From contig JYFJ02001014.1 in NCBI GenBank assembly GCA_000934665.2, forward strand, positions 1-64,000: 64,000 nt of DNA. Direction: 5' to 3'. Of the stretch, positions 24,601 through 37,760 are shown piece after piece. Source of the DNA: Catajapyx aquilonaris (lineage: Eukaryota). The first letter of the stretch is position 1, and each line of letters opens with the position of its first letter. The position numbers were made by a program, and so were the translations under genes. Under the pieces are notes generated by a model. That model was not told the DNA's origin. It was given only the letters and a program-made list of their open reading frames with translations, and searched no databases.

Positions 24601-26388
24601 ACAAAAATGCAGAAATGCAAATAGAACAATCTCGCCCAGTGCTGGGAGAGCACTGCATGAAACTCTAAGAGAAAAGTGGCATAACAGTCGCGCAAACTCG
24701 CACAAGACGGCAGAATACATTCGGGAATAAGGAAAAGGGGGGCCCTTTGAGCAGCCTTTGGAGACGACAAGAACAGAAGGTGTACAGTGTAGTTGGAAGG
24801 AGGCTTTTGTGTTGGAGCAAGAGAAGAAAAGACGAAGGAATTTCGATCCTTCTCGACATCCATCCCTGGGATTTATCGGATATTGGCGTCCCTTTCCCCT
24901 CATTCCGGATGAAAGGGAAGGATTTTCGGTGAGAGAGGAAAGGATATATATGCAGTATTCAAAGGAGGATTTGCCCCCCCTTTCTGAGTCTGCTTATCAA
25001 ATGCCGACACCAGCGGATTTAGGCCCGCGTTTTGTGTGCTAAACACTACCTCCAACCTCTCTCAATAGAATATTGCAGGACAACGGCTGGGGAAATGCAA
25101 CACACAATAATTATTGCCTGGAGGAATTAAGCAGGAACACCGATCGCATTGTGTGCCAGAATTCACGCTTTCAGAGTTCCTCAAAATCGATTCCCTCCGT
25201 GGGGCTCATCAGAAAACGCAAACTTTGTTAACACTGATCAAGTTAATGAGATGCAACAATATGTGGCGCTTTCCATCACTAAAAGGGCATAGCACTATGG
25301 CCTACATTTTCAAGCACCCAATGTCAGTTCAATAACTAACCGCGGGTTTTGGCATAATGTTAAAGTTCACACCCCCCCCCCTCTCCCCTCCCAGTAGAAA
25401 ACCACATGAAGGATAGTGTGTGGGCGGGTGAGGAAGAAACTAAAAGGGGAACTAAAAGCTTTCCTAATTCGGTCCAGAGGAAGCAATTTAGCATCTGATT
25501 TATTGCCAATATCTAGCATGGCTGGGGAATCGACCCGCCTTGCTAAAAAAAAGAGAGGGTGGCCACCATCGCAATTTTTAAAACTCCCCCTCGACTCATT
25601 AGAAGAGAAGCTAGAGGATGACGCGAGCCATTCCTCACAATAGTTAGGCTCCTAATGAGGTTCATCACGGCCAGCCATTACCGGGAATTAAGATGTTGCG
25701 GAAAGATTTCCCGTCGGGATAAAGTTTCACTTTCGTTAACTTTTTTTTTCTTTCTTCATTGCAGGTGGTAGCACTCGCTCTCCCGATCGCATGCTGATAA
25801 TAATGGCCGACCCAAAATAGATTTGGCCGTGGCGGCGAGCGATATTGCCGATCGTTATTGCGGCTGTCCCTAGTCCGAATTGCTTTTGTCGCGATTTATT
25901 AACTCCCAGAAATTTTATGTGCAAAGGAGACGTACCCAGAATCACGTCATTGTCGAAGGACATGCACCTCACATGGCTACTGACGTAAGGGTATTCTAGT
26001 CTGTTGGCGTCACACACTGTTACAACATCATGGCACACACGCGAGGCAACATCAGAGCTGTATAGATCAGCAACAAATTAATTTTAACCACATAATTTAG
26101 GGCTTGTGAGGCAACATCCGCAACGTAAGGTCGTTTACAACAATATTGAAAAAGGAACCGCAGACCAATATTGAAGGCCAAGTGTTATCCTGGCCGATCT
26201 GCAACCAAAGAGTCTTGTCTGTTATGCGGAATGTCGTACTCGCAGGGGCAAAATTTCTCCCGTTTGTTTACGGGGTCATTGCGGCAATTATTATTATTAT
26301 TATGGTAATTTTGCACGGAGATAAAAGAGAGCTGCATTGTTTGAAATGGACTGTACAGTACTTTGTTGTCATCCCTTTCGAGCAGCGA

Positions 26389-26752
26389 ATGGCATTGGCA
26401 CCAACTCTCCTGTGCATGACCCTTCTGAGCTTGGTACCTTCCGAATCGTCCACATCCCTGATGAAAACCAAGCGCGGTTACTACGACCAAAGTGTCCGCG
26501 CATACCTAACCGAGGTCAGTTGACCCCGCCACCATCTCGAGGAGTCAGGTCGTGACCTTTTTTCCCCCGTACATTTTTCAGCGAACCTGCTGGTGGAACG
26601 AGATATGCAAGGAAGAGTTCCAGACCCAGTTCAGATGCAAGTGTCCTCTGTGGTCGTACTGCAGGAGTCCAGGGAGGTACTACAACGCTTTTTGCACCAT
26701 GACCAGCACCGGGTACATCTGGATCCAGCCTGACCGGGGATGGAGCCAATAG
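26389..26752 (+). CDS. Small secreted cysteine-rich peptide precursor (98 aa)
   Basis: Exons 26389-26514 and 26582-26752 (67-bp GT-AG intron, phase 0). Signal-like MALAPTLLCMTLLSLVPSES, a KR site, then GYYDQSVRAYLTERTCWWNEICKEEFQTQFRCKCPLWSYCRSPGRYYNAFCTMTSTGYIWIQPDRGWSQ with six Cys. Confidence 0.8.
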
Positions 26753-29192
26753 CATGCTGCCCCCGTCCCCCTGACCTCGACCTCCACCACGACCCCTGTG
26801 CCTCGTCATCCGAGCAGGTCATCGGACGGCCGACACTACACCAGGCATGGGAGGACGTACCGGGGTCGTCGTCGCGGGGACGGTGCTGCCAACAAGGGCA
26901 CCATTTACCTCTCTTAGCCAGCACTGGCACCTCTCTCATCACCATAGGACCGGTTGCACCAACCTTACTAACTCTCAGTTAAGCCGACTCCCGGTTTAAA
27001 ACAATATTGGCCAATTGAACGAGCGTGATTCGAGTAGACTTTTTCGCATTTGGCAGCTCGGGAAATAACGCTGAGAACAATCTATTTTCCGTTGCCAATG
27101 ACTTGACCTTGACGGATATAGTGAACCCTGAAAACCGGAAGTGATCGGTCACCGGAAGTTGGCCATGAAATCGAATTATGGTCCGCTGAATTCGAATCTG
27201 AAAACCGTTTGTCCTTATCTCATATGGTATAGGCTCTGATACCTGTCCACAGACTGCCATAGCCGTTCTAGAAGACCTGTTTCCGATGAAAAAATGTCAA
27301 AGAAATCTTAATTGACAGTTAACAAGGTTGGATTCAGCCGGGCAATAGTAAAAATATGCAGCATACATTACCACTCGCAATCATTTGTACATAACTCAAA
27401 CACGATGTAAAATGAATAGCGTGACATAGGAATCCCATCTGCAAGTTCAGTATGCAGCGCAGCGCAAGGCTTGTTTTGAATGCATTAATTCAGTACGAAA
27501 TGCACATGCGGGCGTTATCAAAACCCCAGTTCATGCGGTCTAATTAGCGATAGCAAACGAGACATTTTCGCTGAAAATTAGTTTGGACCTGTGAAAAGGT
27601 CCCCCATGTTGCACCACTCAAAGTAGATGATCTAACCAGGATTTGAAGTACGCTACTGCATGTTTATAAATAAATTATTGTTTTCGACAATCACTAACAT
27701 CTATTAAATCCTTGTTAATAAGGCCCAGTAATTCGTCTTAAATTGCTGCTAATTTTTTGCGATAATCGGAAGTAATTATTAAAATTTAATTGGTGCAATA
27801 AACTGGTTAGAAGCTCTCACGACCATACACCTCTCTTGGGATAAGTTTGGTGGATTCCGCCAATTAATATTTATTACTTAATAGTCGCGCAACCTGTGCT
27901 GATTGGTGGATCCCAACAACAGGCAACAGCGACCCAACGACAACGACGCCCGTGTGAACCATGCGATTCCAATAATAGTTTCACTGCTCTTTAGTAGTTT
28001 CCCCCTATAGTAAGACCAGCAGACATCCATGTCAGAAAGAGCATCAGCCTAGTATTGTATTCATGTTATCAAAAGTGGCAGCGACTCCGCACCTTACTTT
28101 TCAGATAATGCGTTTCCACTCCCAGAAGATAACGTTTTATTGACAGGACCACGAGGGAGTGAGTGGTTTCGGACGAAAAAGAACGTGAGACTCTGTCTCT
28201 CTTGCGACCTAACCTACTTTACGTAGATGTATAGAAGGAGGCACTGTCCTTACACACATTTTATTTTGTTGTTGCTGCTGTTGCTGTGTACCAGTACCTG
28301 AAAATGTGCCCGGTACTGCAAAGTTATTGTACATAATATCGATTAATAAAACCATCCTGTTAAGACCCAACCACACGGGAATTCACCTCGTAAAATGCGG
28401 CCATTTATTACAGTTCACAATAGTTGTGTGTGACACAAGAAGCTTTGGATTGTGTACTCCAGCAACCAGCTTGCAGCAATCATGAGAAGTGGACATACAA
28501 TTCAATTATTTTCTGGTTTCTTGCTTATAATTTGAAGAACTTCATTCATGTGTTGACACAATAAATCAAGTTTGCTCGTAAATAAATTTTTTTGTCGATT
28601 TGATTAATATTTAAAAAATCCAAATGAACAAAATTATTTTTCTAATGTTCTCTTTACATGCATAAACACGAGTGGTGCTTTTCTTTTTCCTCGCGCATAC
28701 ACGCTGTAGTGAGTTACCAAAAAAAATGCATTTACTGGCACAGGTTGCTGGTGCGAACAATCCATAACTTCCCCTATCCTTGCCTTGAACTGTGAACTTT
28801 TATGGCTCAAATTGACTCGAGACCGGATTTGACACGTGCAGAAGATTGAAAATTGGCGCACAATGCTTCTGGGTGTCGTTGTAATGGCGCGCAGGCAATG
28901 TACAAAGAGAGGGTGTCCGTGCACATGTGTAGTCGAGTCACGTCGAGGCTGCACCTCGATCGATCCTGTGTCGACGTCATCGTTTCCGAGGCGACCAGAA
29001 AAGTCCGACGTAGTCGTCCTCGCCAGGCAAAAGCGCCGACCACCCCCTTTCATTATATCCGCCTGTTACCTTTCTGCGAACGGGTGCCAAAATTCTGATC
29101 CGTGACCTGACCTGCTAAAAAGGGGTCATCAAGCATGGAAGAGGATTTTTGAGTTACAGAAGGTGTTATCAGCCCACACACAGAGAGAGACA

Positions 29193-30929
29193 ATGGCCAC
29201 ATTTTTGCTGCTGTTCCTTTTCGCGGCGTCCACCTATGGAAGGTCAATCCATTACAATGTGGTTGACCTAAATGACGACTTCTACAGCGAGCTGAGGAAC
29301 TTGCTGAAGGACCATCTTGACCGGAAGGTCAGTTTCAGGAGAAAGGGTTGAGCAGGTGCATTGAACAGGTGCACACACATACACAAGCCCTAGTAACAGG
29401 AGGTAACTTATTCCTGGTTTGTAAAAAATATTGCTAACATTTTAAAGATATGTTCCATGGCTAAGTTACCTCTGGTGACCAAAATAATTCATAGACCAGG
29501 TTCACACGCATTTTTGCAAATTAGAAGTCATCCACATCCACATTTACATATTATCGGATATCTACATAAATCTTTCATAAATATTCCAAAAATCACACAT
29601 CCCAGTGTGCTTTTTTCTCCTGGAGTGAAGGCTCGGATTTCATGTATTTTCTAGGGCGCAGAGAGGACGATCCATCCCCAGGAGGTGCGTAACTGGCCCC
29701 GAGGCCGTCTGCCCCAGGGGCAGGTGTCGGGGGTGTCGATTGACCCCGAGGGTCGCCCTGTAATATTCCACCGAGGGTCTTCCACATGGGATGACTCATC
29801 GTTCAACTCTAGTGAGCATTACCAGAGAGGACCCATTGACCAGGACACAGTTCTGACCCTTGACCCACGAGAAGGCTCGGTTGTGAGCAGCTGGGGCAAA
29901 GGTCAGTTCTACCTGCCCCATGGCATCACCATAGATCAGGATGGCAACACATGGATCACGGATGTTGGTCTCCATCAAGTCTTGAAGGTACGTAGTGTAT
30001 TGCGAAAGGTTCACACGTTATTACACAGAGCCATTAATTACTTTCAGTTTCCGCCTGGCTCGACGTCACCTAGTTTGACCCTAGGTCAAGCCCTTCAACC
30101 TGGACAGGATGACAGACACTTTTGCAAACCGACGTCTGTGGCCGTGGCCTCATCTGGAGTGTTTTATGTGGCAGATGGCTACTGCAATAGTCGGATCATG
30201 CAATATTCACCGTATGGGACGCTTTTGGCCAAGTTTGGAGAAGAAGGTAAAGTTGTGAAATTACAGGACCACACTATTTTAACTTAACCATTTAATGTCA
30301 TCACTGTCGGTGATCTTTAATATTTAATGATAAGTGTCAATTCAATATGCGACACTGGGCTGTAGCAAATGTTATTTAAAAATGAAATAAATCTGCAAAA
30401 TATTGTTGTAATGAGATTATAAGTCAACATACAATTTTGTCATCCCAGGTCTATTCAACATCCCGCACAGCCTTGCTCTGATGGAGTCACAAGACCTTCT
30501 GTGTGTAGCCGATCGGGAGAATGAGCGAGTGGCCTGCTTCAAAGCTGGGATTCTGGAACCGTCACTAATTGGGAGTCCGGCAGGAGTCATCCGGGATGAG
30601 TCCCTGGGGCGAGTATTTGCAATAGCCCCACACGGATCCACCCTGTTTGCAATCAACGGCCCTTCCTTCTATCATGAGCATCCAGTCCAAGGATTCACAA
30701 TTGATGCCACTAAAGGAAACGTTATTGACACATGGGGACCTTCACAGGTACAATGCTCAAATGTGAAATGTAAGTTCGCCACTAATTTTTGATGTTTCAG
30801 GGATTTGACTCGCCGCATGACATTGCTGTAACACCTGACGGGTCAGCCATGTATGTTACTGAACTCAGCCCCAATCAAGTGTGGAAGTTCCAGCTGGAAA
30901 ATGAGGAAATCCCTATCATGGAAAAATAA
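29193..30929 (+). CDS. PAL: Monofunctional secreted peptidyl-alpha-hydroxyglycine alpha-amidating lyase (PAL; NHL-repeat beta-propeller)
   Basis: Exons 29193-29327 (signal peptide), 29655-29987, 30048-30246, 30449-30747, 30801-30929. Motifs GQVSGVS, FHRG, PHGITID, HFCKPTSVAV, ADGYCNSRI, CVADRENERV, FDSPHDIAV. No PHM domain and no TM segment. Confidence 0.93.
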
Positions 30930-32201
30930 TTTCAATGGGACTTTGTGCACATGATTGTCGTAATCCATCTCATTTCCTTGCCATTCACAAAATATCAACA
31001 AAGGGTACCATAATTGAATGAGGTGTCATTATTGCCACATCAGCTTTTATTGTAGCCATATTTTGTCCCTTCCCAATATTCCATACCAATGCAACTTATT
31101 TTTTCTAAACCCAAACTTCCTTCAAACTCATTTCCAATCTGTCCAATAATTGTGATGTTAATGACAAAAATAAAAAAATGACTCGGACTGCAACCAGCGT
31201 CTTATCAAGATATGAAATTCCACAACTCAGTGAGCTTGAAGAATAGCTCTTAATACTGAATATACTGGAGCCATTTGCAATTAAAATGGCTACATCAACA
31301 TGACACAGTCCACTTTGAAACATGCACAAAGAACCCTTGTCAATTCAAACTCGGGTAACTTAAATTGGTCAATTGGCAAAAAATTAGCTGCTTCCTAGTA
31401 CTCAAGGTAGTGACTGATTCACTGCACTACCCAGCCAAATGCGGTATGTCAGTGAAAGATCAGGTTGAGCAGAGGGCCAAATGGAAAACTAGTGTAGTTG
31501 AAGTGCAAGGGAAAGCACTGTCTGAGGTAATTCAAGTGACAATATATTGTTCAGATCAACAGAGATTTGAGTTAACAAGACTTCATTGTACATGCAATTG
31601 TAGTTTCTTTCACAATTTTAAGATATCAAAACCGTTATTTCAGACAGCTGCAATAAGCACAACTTTTGATGACACACATAAGTCAACAGCTCACATGGTA
31701 TACTGATTGTTCACATCTCCTGTACCCTTTTTTTGCCCAACTTTTGTTGAAATAGATGATTTATTTAAATTTAATCTATCAATCCCAAAAGGGCAACACA
31801 CATGACATAAAATGTAAATCATATAATTTTGTCATGTACATACACGTTTTTTATAAAAATAACTTTGCTAACTGGTATTTTTTGTCACATGAGAAAAAGG
31901 CAGGCATATGTTGGAAAACTATCAGTCACACAAGTTCTCTCGCACAGAACTCACTCTCTCATTTTAGTAACACACAGACGTAACAAAAATAGTCATAAAT
32001 AAAACCTCAGCCACAAATAAACAAAAATAGCACCTGATAGAAAAGCTAGATAAAAATAAGATGTGATTCAGATCATGGTAAAGCGAAGGGATCCCCATCC
32101 CTTCATAGAAGTGGTTAGTTTATTTTTAAAATATACACCTGATCATTGCATGGGGATATTTCTTTTCACATTTTTGACTTGACCTAGATTCTTTCCATGC
32201 C

Positions 32202-35200
32202 TCAAGCTCGAGGGACCTGAGCTTTGAACTCCTCAACATCAGACCCACTGTCTTCATTGTCCTCTCTCTCGCTCTCCTCTTCAGTGTTTAACTTCTCGAA
32301 GCCTTGCCTGTGCTTCATGAAGTCACCTAGCCCAAATTTGTCAGGCTGCTGAGCTCCATATCCTCCAAACCACCTCTTAAAATGGCCTGAAAAATCATAA
32401 GTATGAAATAAGGCCAACGACATAATGATTTTGACATCCAACTATAAGATGACAATTAAAACCCATGCATCACCTCCTCTCTTCATCCTCAGCACTACAA
32501 CCACAAGGATGACCAGTAGCATTGGTATGGATACAACAGATAGGACCAGGATTGTCATGCTGAGAGGATCCACTGTTGATCCCACCTCTTCCTTCCCTAT
32601 TGATGGTTCCTTGGTTATGGCAGAAGCAGCATTCACAACCTCTGAGTTCTTGTGATCCACTGGAACCTCCTCAACTTTTGCAGTTTTGTTCTCTGCGAAA
32701 ATATCCATACAATGAAAAAATACTATGGTCGGGATGAGTTATGCAGTGTGGTTTGTAATGAGGCATGATTGTGGGCCACGTACATTTAAAATGTAGAGTG
32801 ACAGTATCTGGCCTAGATCAACACACAATGAAAAAGTGTTGGAAAAGAGTGAAATTCTTTCATTTCAACAATTCACTACATACAAACCACATTTACACAA
32901 GCTATAACAATCATATGGTATGCTGCGATCTTACAGAATTTATGAAACACCACGTGTATTACGCAATATTTCCAATGGAACGAACGTTAATTATTGTTAT
33001 CACAGCTGAAACGACCTTGCATTTTTGTAAACCTAGGAGGAAGTGAAAATATTGTTACCGGGCAAAGCTGTCACCATCTTCCAGACTTTATATGGCTCCA
33101 ATTCCACCACATACACCTCAGTTCCATCTTTGTTGACTGCGATGTCATGTGGGTTCTCAAATCCACGTCCATTCGGGCTGAAGGTAGACTGAAGCTTGCG
33201 TCCCTCCAAGTCTATCACAAAGCCCTGGACTTTTGTCTTCACTGGGGTGAATTCAGGGCCATTCACAGCAAAAATTCGTCCACCTGAAATAGGTGAAAAT
33301 TTATGCATGTGCTTCAAAAACTTATCAGTGGTAGATTTTCAACTTATGGGTTGCTGAATATTAAAATGAAATAACAAAACATGAATAAATTCTGCCTTTT
33401 AGTAATGACTTCTTCTATGTAATGGTAAATCCACTCTCCCTAAATTGTACAAACATGGTACTTTCTTCACATTTAGAGAAAAATGATTCCAATCTTACCT
33501 CCAGAAGGGGTGTATGCAACACTGAAGAGTCGGCTTCCATATGCACCCAGAGCGATTTGGCAGTGGAAAGTCCCATTGTACGTAGTAAAGCACTGAGTCC
33601 TCCCATCCTCTCGATCAGCTACACAAACCAGTCCCTTATCCTCTGCCAGTGTCAGTGCATGCGGAACAGCAAATGCATATGGAGGGGGATTAATCTGCAC
33701 ATTGTTTGCTGCACGTCCCCACTCCAGCAGTTTCTCTCCACGAGAGTTGTACTTCACAATCCTTGCATTGCAATAGCCATCAGACACAAAAAAGTCTCCC
33801 TGGGTCATGACAGCTGTTGCACTAGGCTTGCAAAAATGGGTGTCATCATTACCAGGTACAAAAGCAGTTCCTAAAGTCAGCAAGGGCTTGAATTCTGGGG
33901 CGTCAAGTGAAAATTTAAAAACTTGGTGCATTGCCACATCAGTGAGCCACAGGTTTCTCTTTGAATCTACTGTCAGTCCATGAGGCATGTAAAAACAGTT
34001 GCCTCCCATCTCCTTCAACACCTCGCCAGTTTTAGAACTGTAAACTACAATGGTAGCTTCTGCAATTGGACCAGAATCTTGCTGCTTGTAGACATTGTCC
34101 AATCTAAATGACTCAGCATTCCAAACATGGTCACCCCGATGAAACACAACAACATTGCCGTCTGGGTCCAAAGAAACAGCAGACACTTGGCCCAGCTTCT
34201 TGGTAGATGATGGCCACTTTGGATCAGCAAACAGGCCAGCATCAACGAGATTCTCCTGCTTCTCCTGGGAAGCAAATTGCCTAAAATGAGATTGGGTGGC
34301 GACTGGAGCCTGTTGCTGTTTGTATTGATAAGGGTATCCCAAAGATGAGGAGGTCCACTTGCGTCCATACTCATAGTTAGGGTAGTCACTGAAGTTGACC
34401 GATGGCTTCTTCCGAGAATGGCCCTTCTTATCCATAACCATTTTGGTTTCCGGAAATAATTGATTGTAGGTTACAGGACCCTACCAAAAGACAACATAAA
34501 AGACTGAAAATCATTAACATTGCACATCCCTTATGCAAAACAACTATGATCTGAATTTCAGAATGAATGGAACTAGCATCAAGACTGAATGGAGATGACC
34601 ATCAGTAGGAAAGTGTGGCCAGTCAAATGTTTCCCTTATCATAAATGGTACATTACATGTTCCCCTTTTCAAATAACATCAAAACATGACTGACCTCTGC
34701 AGATTCCTCATGGTGATGGACCCTGGCATGCTCCTCAAGTGATTCATTGGGTGGAAGCGGCTGATCTGAGTCCGCAGGCATGTATTCAATAAGATCAGGC
34801 CTCTCTTCATTGACACACTCATGGTAGACATCACTCGTAGTGGAATCGGTGTAGTACATTATGTAGAGATTACACATCTCATCTGCAGCGGTGGACCCAA
34901 TAGTGGTATATCTGTCTCTCTTGGTGGAGTTGAAGGTGCAGCGAGCCACCAAGTAGTCAGTTGGCTTCACAGACTGGACGTGCTCCATGGGGTAAAATGC
35001 CTGGGGCCACTGGGGATTGCCTTTGCCGAGAAGCGTGAACTGCTCTGTCTGGATTTTATAAAAAGAGAACAATATACCAAATCAACAAGCACACCCATCG
35101 ATAAAACATTGAAAATGCAAATTCCAACAATACTTAATATGCAACTGGTCAATTAATTAATTACTGATTAGCCTGTTGCATCTAAGGGAATCCTCCTTCA

Positions 35201-36283
35201 ATTGGTCTGACTTTATCATGACTGAGCTTCATTGTGAAAATAAATGAGAGAACTCATCATAACTCATGAAAAAGTAATTTGTCCAAGGAGAGGATCAAAC
35301 ATTAGAGATAGAAACTAACTACCACACCACATTGCTCTATCCTGCGTAAATTCTATCTGAAACTTACATCAGGATCAAACTTGTACCCAGTGATGACAGA
35401 ACCAAGTGCATGGGCATGAACCCTGAATGCAAAGGGATGTATGGTGTTGACGGTGTTGGCCTGGCAGTTGATATCGCCATGTGTTACTGCAGTCCTTGGC
35501 GGGATTATCAGATTACCTCGCAGCATCAGGTATATCCCAGCCAAATACTTTTGTCTGCAAGTAGCCATAAAAATGTTAAATTAATATGCCAACAGCGATT
35601 CACACTGGCATATAAATTTGTATGAGTCATTCAGTAAGTTTCCACATACTTCTCTACAGTGGTAGCAAGCTCAAACCCACTGTGGTCGAGCTCTCCTGGT
35701 GGAAGGGGATGAACGTAGTGAACTTGCAGCAGCAAGTAGTTTGTCGTGGTCCTGTTGCCAATGAGGAATCCAACTGATGGAGGAAGTACTGTCGGTGGGG
35801 CATTTTTGGCCCATGCAAATAGGATCTTCATCCCAGTGCACAGTCTTTCATGGCCACAGTCCCAGAGCTCCCCTTCATTCCGGTCCACATCCTCACATCC
35901 ATAAAGGAGCATGTGATGTGCCTTCCCTGCATCTCCGTGAGGGTTGAAGCGTGTTATGTACAATTCCTCTTCATCTACTCGTACATATGTGCAAAAGTAC
36001 TGGTCATTCTGAAAGTGTTAAACAAAATATTGTTAGTATAAGGTTTTACAAAATTTCTTCTGCCTTTCGCGGAGTTTTGCATAGTTAAACCATATACAGT
36101 TCAGTGACAAGTAACACTCATTCCTAAATAAGTGTGCAACAGACTGACCTTTGTGGGTTGCGAGCCAGGCATCAAGAGCTTGATGGTGTTGGGGGTGTCA
36201 ACTCTGGGTGCATATGTGTGGCGGTATGCACACACATTGACGGCGAGATGCAGCAACAACACAATGAGGGCATCAAGAATCAT
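32202..36283 (-). CDS. PAM: Bifunctional peptidylglycine alpha-amidating monooxygenase (PHM + PAL + TM + acidic cytosolic tail)
   Basis: Coding exons 36283-36149, 36008-35650, 35554-35368, 35048-34695, 34480-33499, 33283-33059, 32692-32474, 32386-32202, all in phase. Copper-ligand motifs AHHMLL, QVHY, RVHAH, DEMCN. PAL motifs DGYCNARI and ADREDGR. TM ILVLSVVSIPMLLVILVVVVL; tail GFEKLNTEEESE...SGSDVEEF. Probable non-coding exon 1 near 38982-39150. Confidence 0.95.
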
Positions 36284-37311
36284 TCTGCACACAGTTCCCA
36301 GCAACTGGTATCAGCATATCTGCAAAAAGGACCAACATCTGGGTTAATAATTACAGTCTTCAAGATGATATTATGAGTTAGTGAATCAAGTTCTATACTT
36401 TGCAAACAGTAGTTAAATAGCAAGAGAGGAAATCAAAGTATTTGTTCACCATGAAACTAATACGCATATAAGTTTGCACTATTCACACTTGCAGGTGGTT
36501 CCAGCACATCTGCTCATGATTCAACACTAAGCAGTATCTGTAACATTACGCATTTGCTACACAATGTACCAGCCACTCCTGAACACTTGTTCATTACCAG
36601 GTGCAGGACACACTGGCGTTGACCTCACTGTGCACCTCTCAATTTTTCCTACCCAAGGTATAGCAGGTGGAGGTTCTAATTTCGTACAAGTAAATATAGT
36701 GTGCTTGGGAAAAACCCTCTGAAATAAAAGGCACAACATACGCAGATTAATATTAACAAAGCATATGCAGCAGACGTGTTTGCAGGTCTGAAGGCCTTCA
36801 CATGTCATAGTATCAATAGTGTCAATAGAATTTGGTGGCCTAGGAAAATATGTGATATCACAAGTCTCACGATGGCAATGAGTTGGTTGATAAAGTTGGA
36901 AATGAGGAAGCAGTCCTAAAACAAAGCGTCCCAAATTATTCCTAATTACAGGCATTGTTAATCCACACACTGAGCAACAATTGCTACTTTCCTGTCTTTC
37001 TCTCCTGTCATGTTGGCAAAATAATACATTTTTATTATTTTTGAGAATTTGTGCAACATACTTTAACATTGAACACTCACATTGAAGTATTTTATGAGTA
37101 AGGCCACAAATATTGCGTTACTTGGTTCCACCAAAGATTATTTGACATTATCTCTAGCTCCTGAGACAATGGTGATTCAAATTTCTGAACAGAACATTTT
37201 AATCAACAATGGAAATACAATTGCAATGAATATGCCACATGTCCTAAATGTAAGATTTATAAAAATGACCATGAGTGGTTGTGAATAATGCAAAGCACTT
37301 ATATCCATTTT

Positions 37312-37760
37312 TTAAACACTGCCCCCTGTGTTTGACTCTAAATAACTTCCAGGAAAATGGTCAAAAAAAATAAAGTTACACATCGTTAGAAAGCTTGTTT
37401 AAATGTATGCAACATGTATGCGAGTTGTTTACCTATCTTCACTGTGTAATTTTTTATTGCACGAAGTACACGGAAAGGTGTCATTTTTTGACTTGTGGCC
37501 GAAGTTACGCAGCAAAATTAATTTTTTAATAGACACTTCTCAGAGGCCAAAAAATAGTGGGTGAGAAGTTGAGTCAGTGTGTTATGTAATTTTCGGGAGG
37601 GCGATAAAAAGTATGCAAATACAACAATGAGAAATTATTTGATGGCCCTAAATTACTTTACATGCATTAAAGATCCCAAGTAATTGCAGAAACAATCACC
37701 TACATTAATAAACATGACTGCTTTTTAGGAACTGCTTAATTTTTCAGCAATATTGCATGA
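37312..37760. repeat. PAM intron-1 segment duplicated at 43721-44787 (partly a TIR-element end)
   Basis: 37312-37553 matches 43721-43960, and 37549-37760 matches 44572-44787. Confidence 0.85.

Noticed and set aside
22500..26300. Scattered 60-160-aa ORFs upstream of the Cys-rich peptide gene
   Set aside because: No domain motifs or consistent exon chain; more likely intergenic, regulatory or 5' intron sequence.
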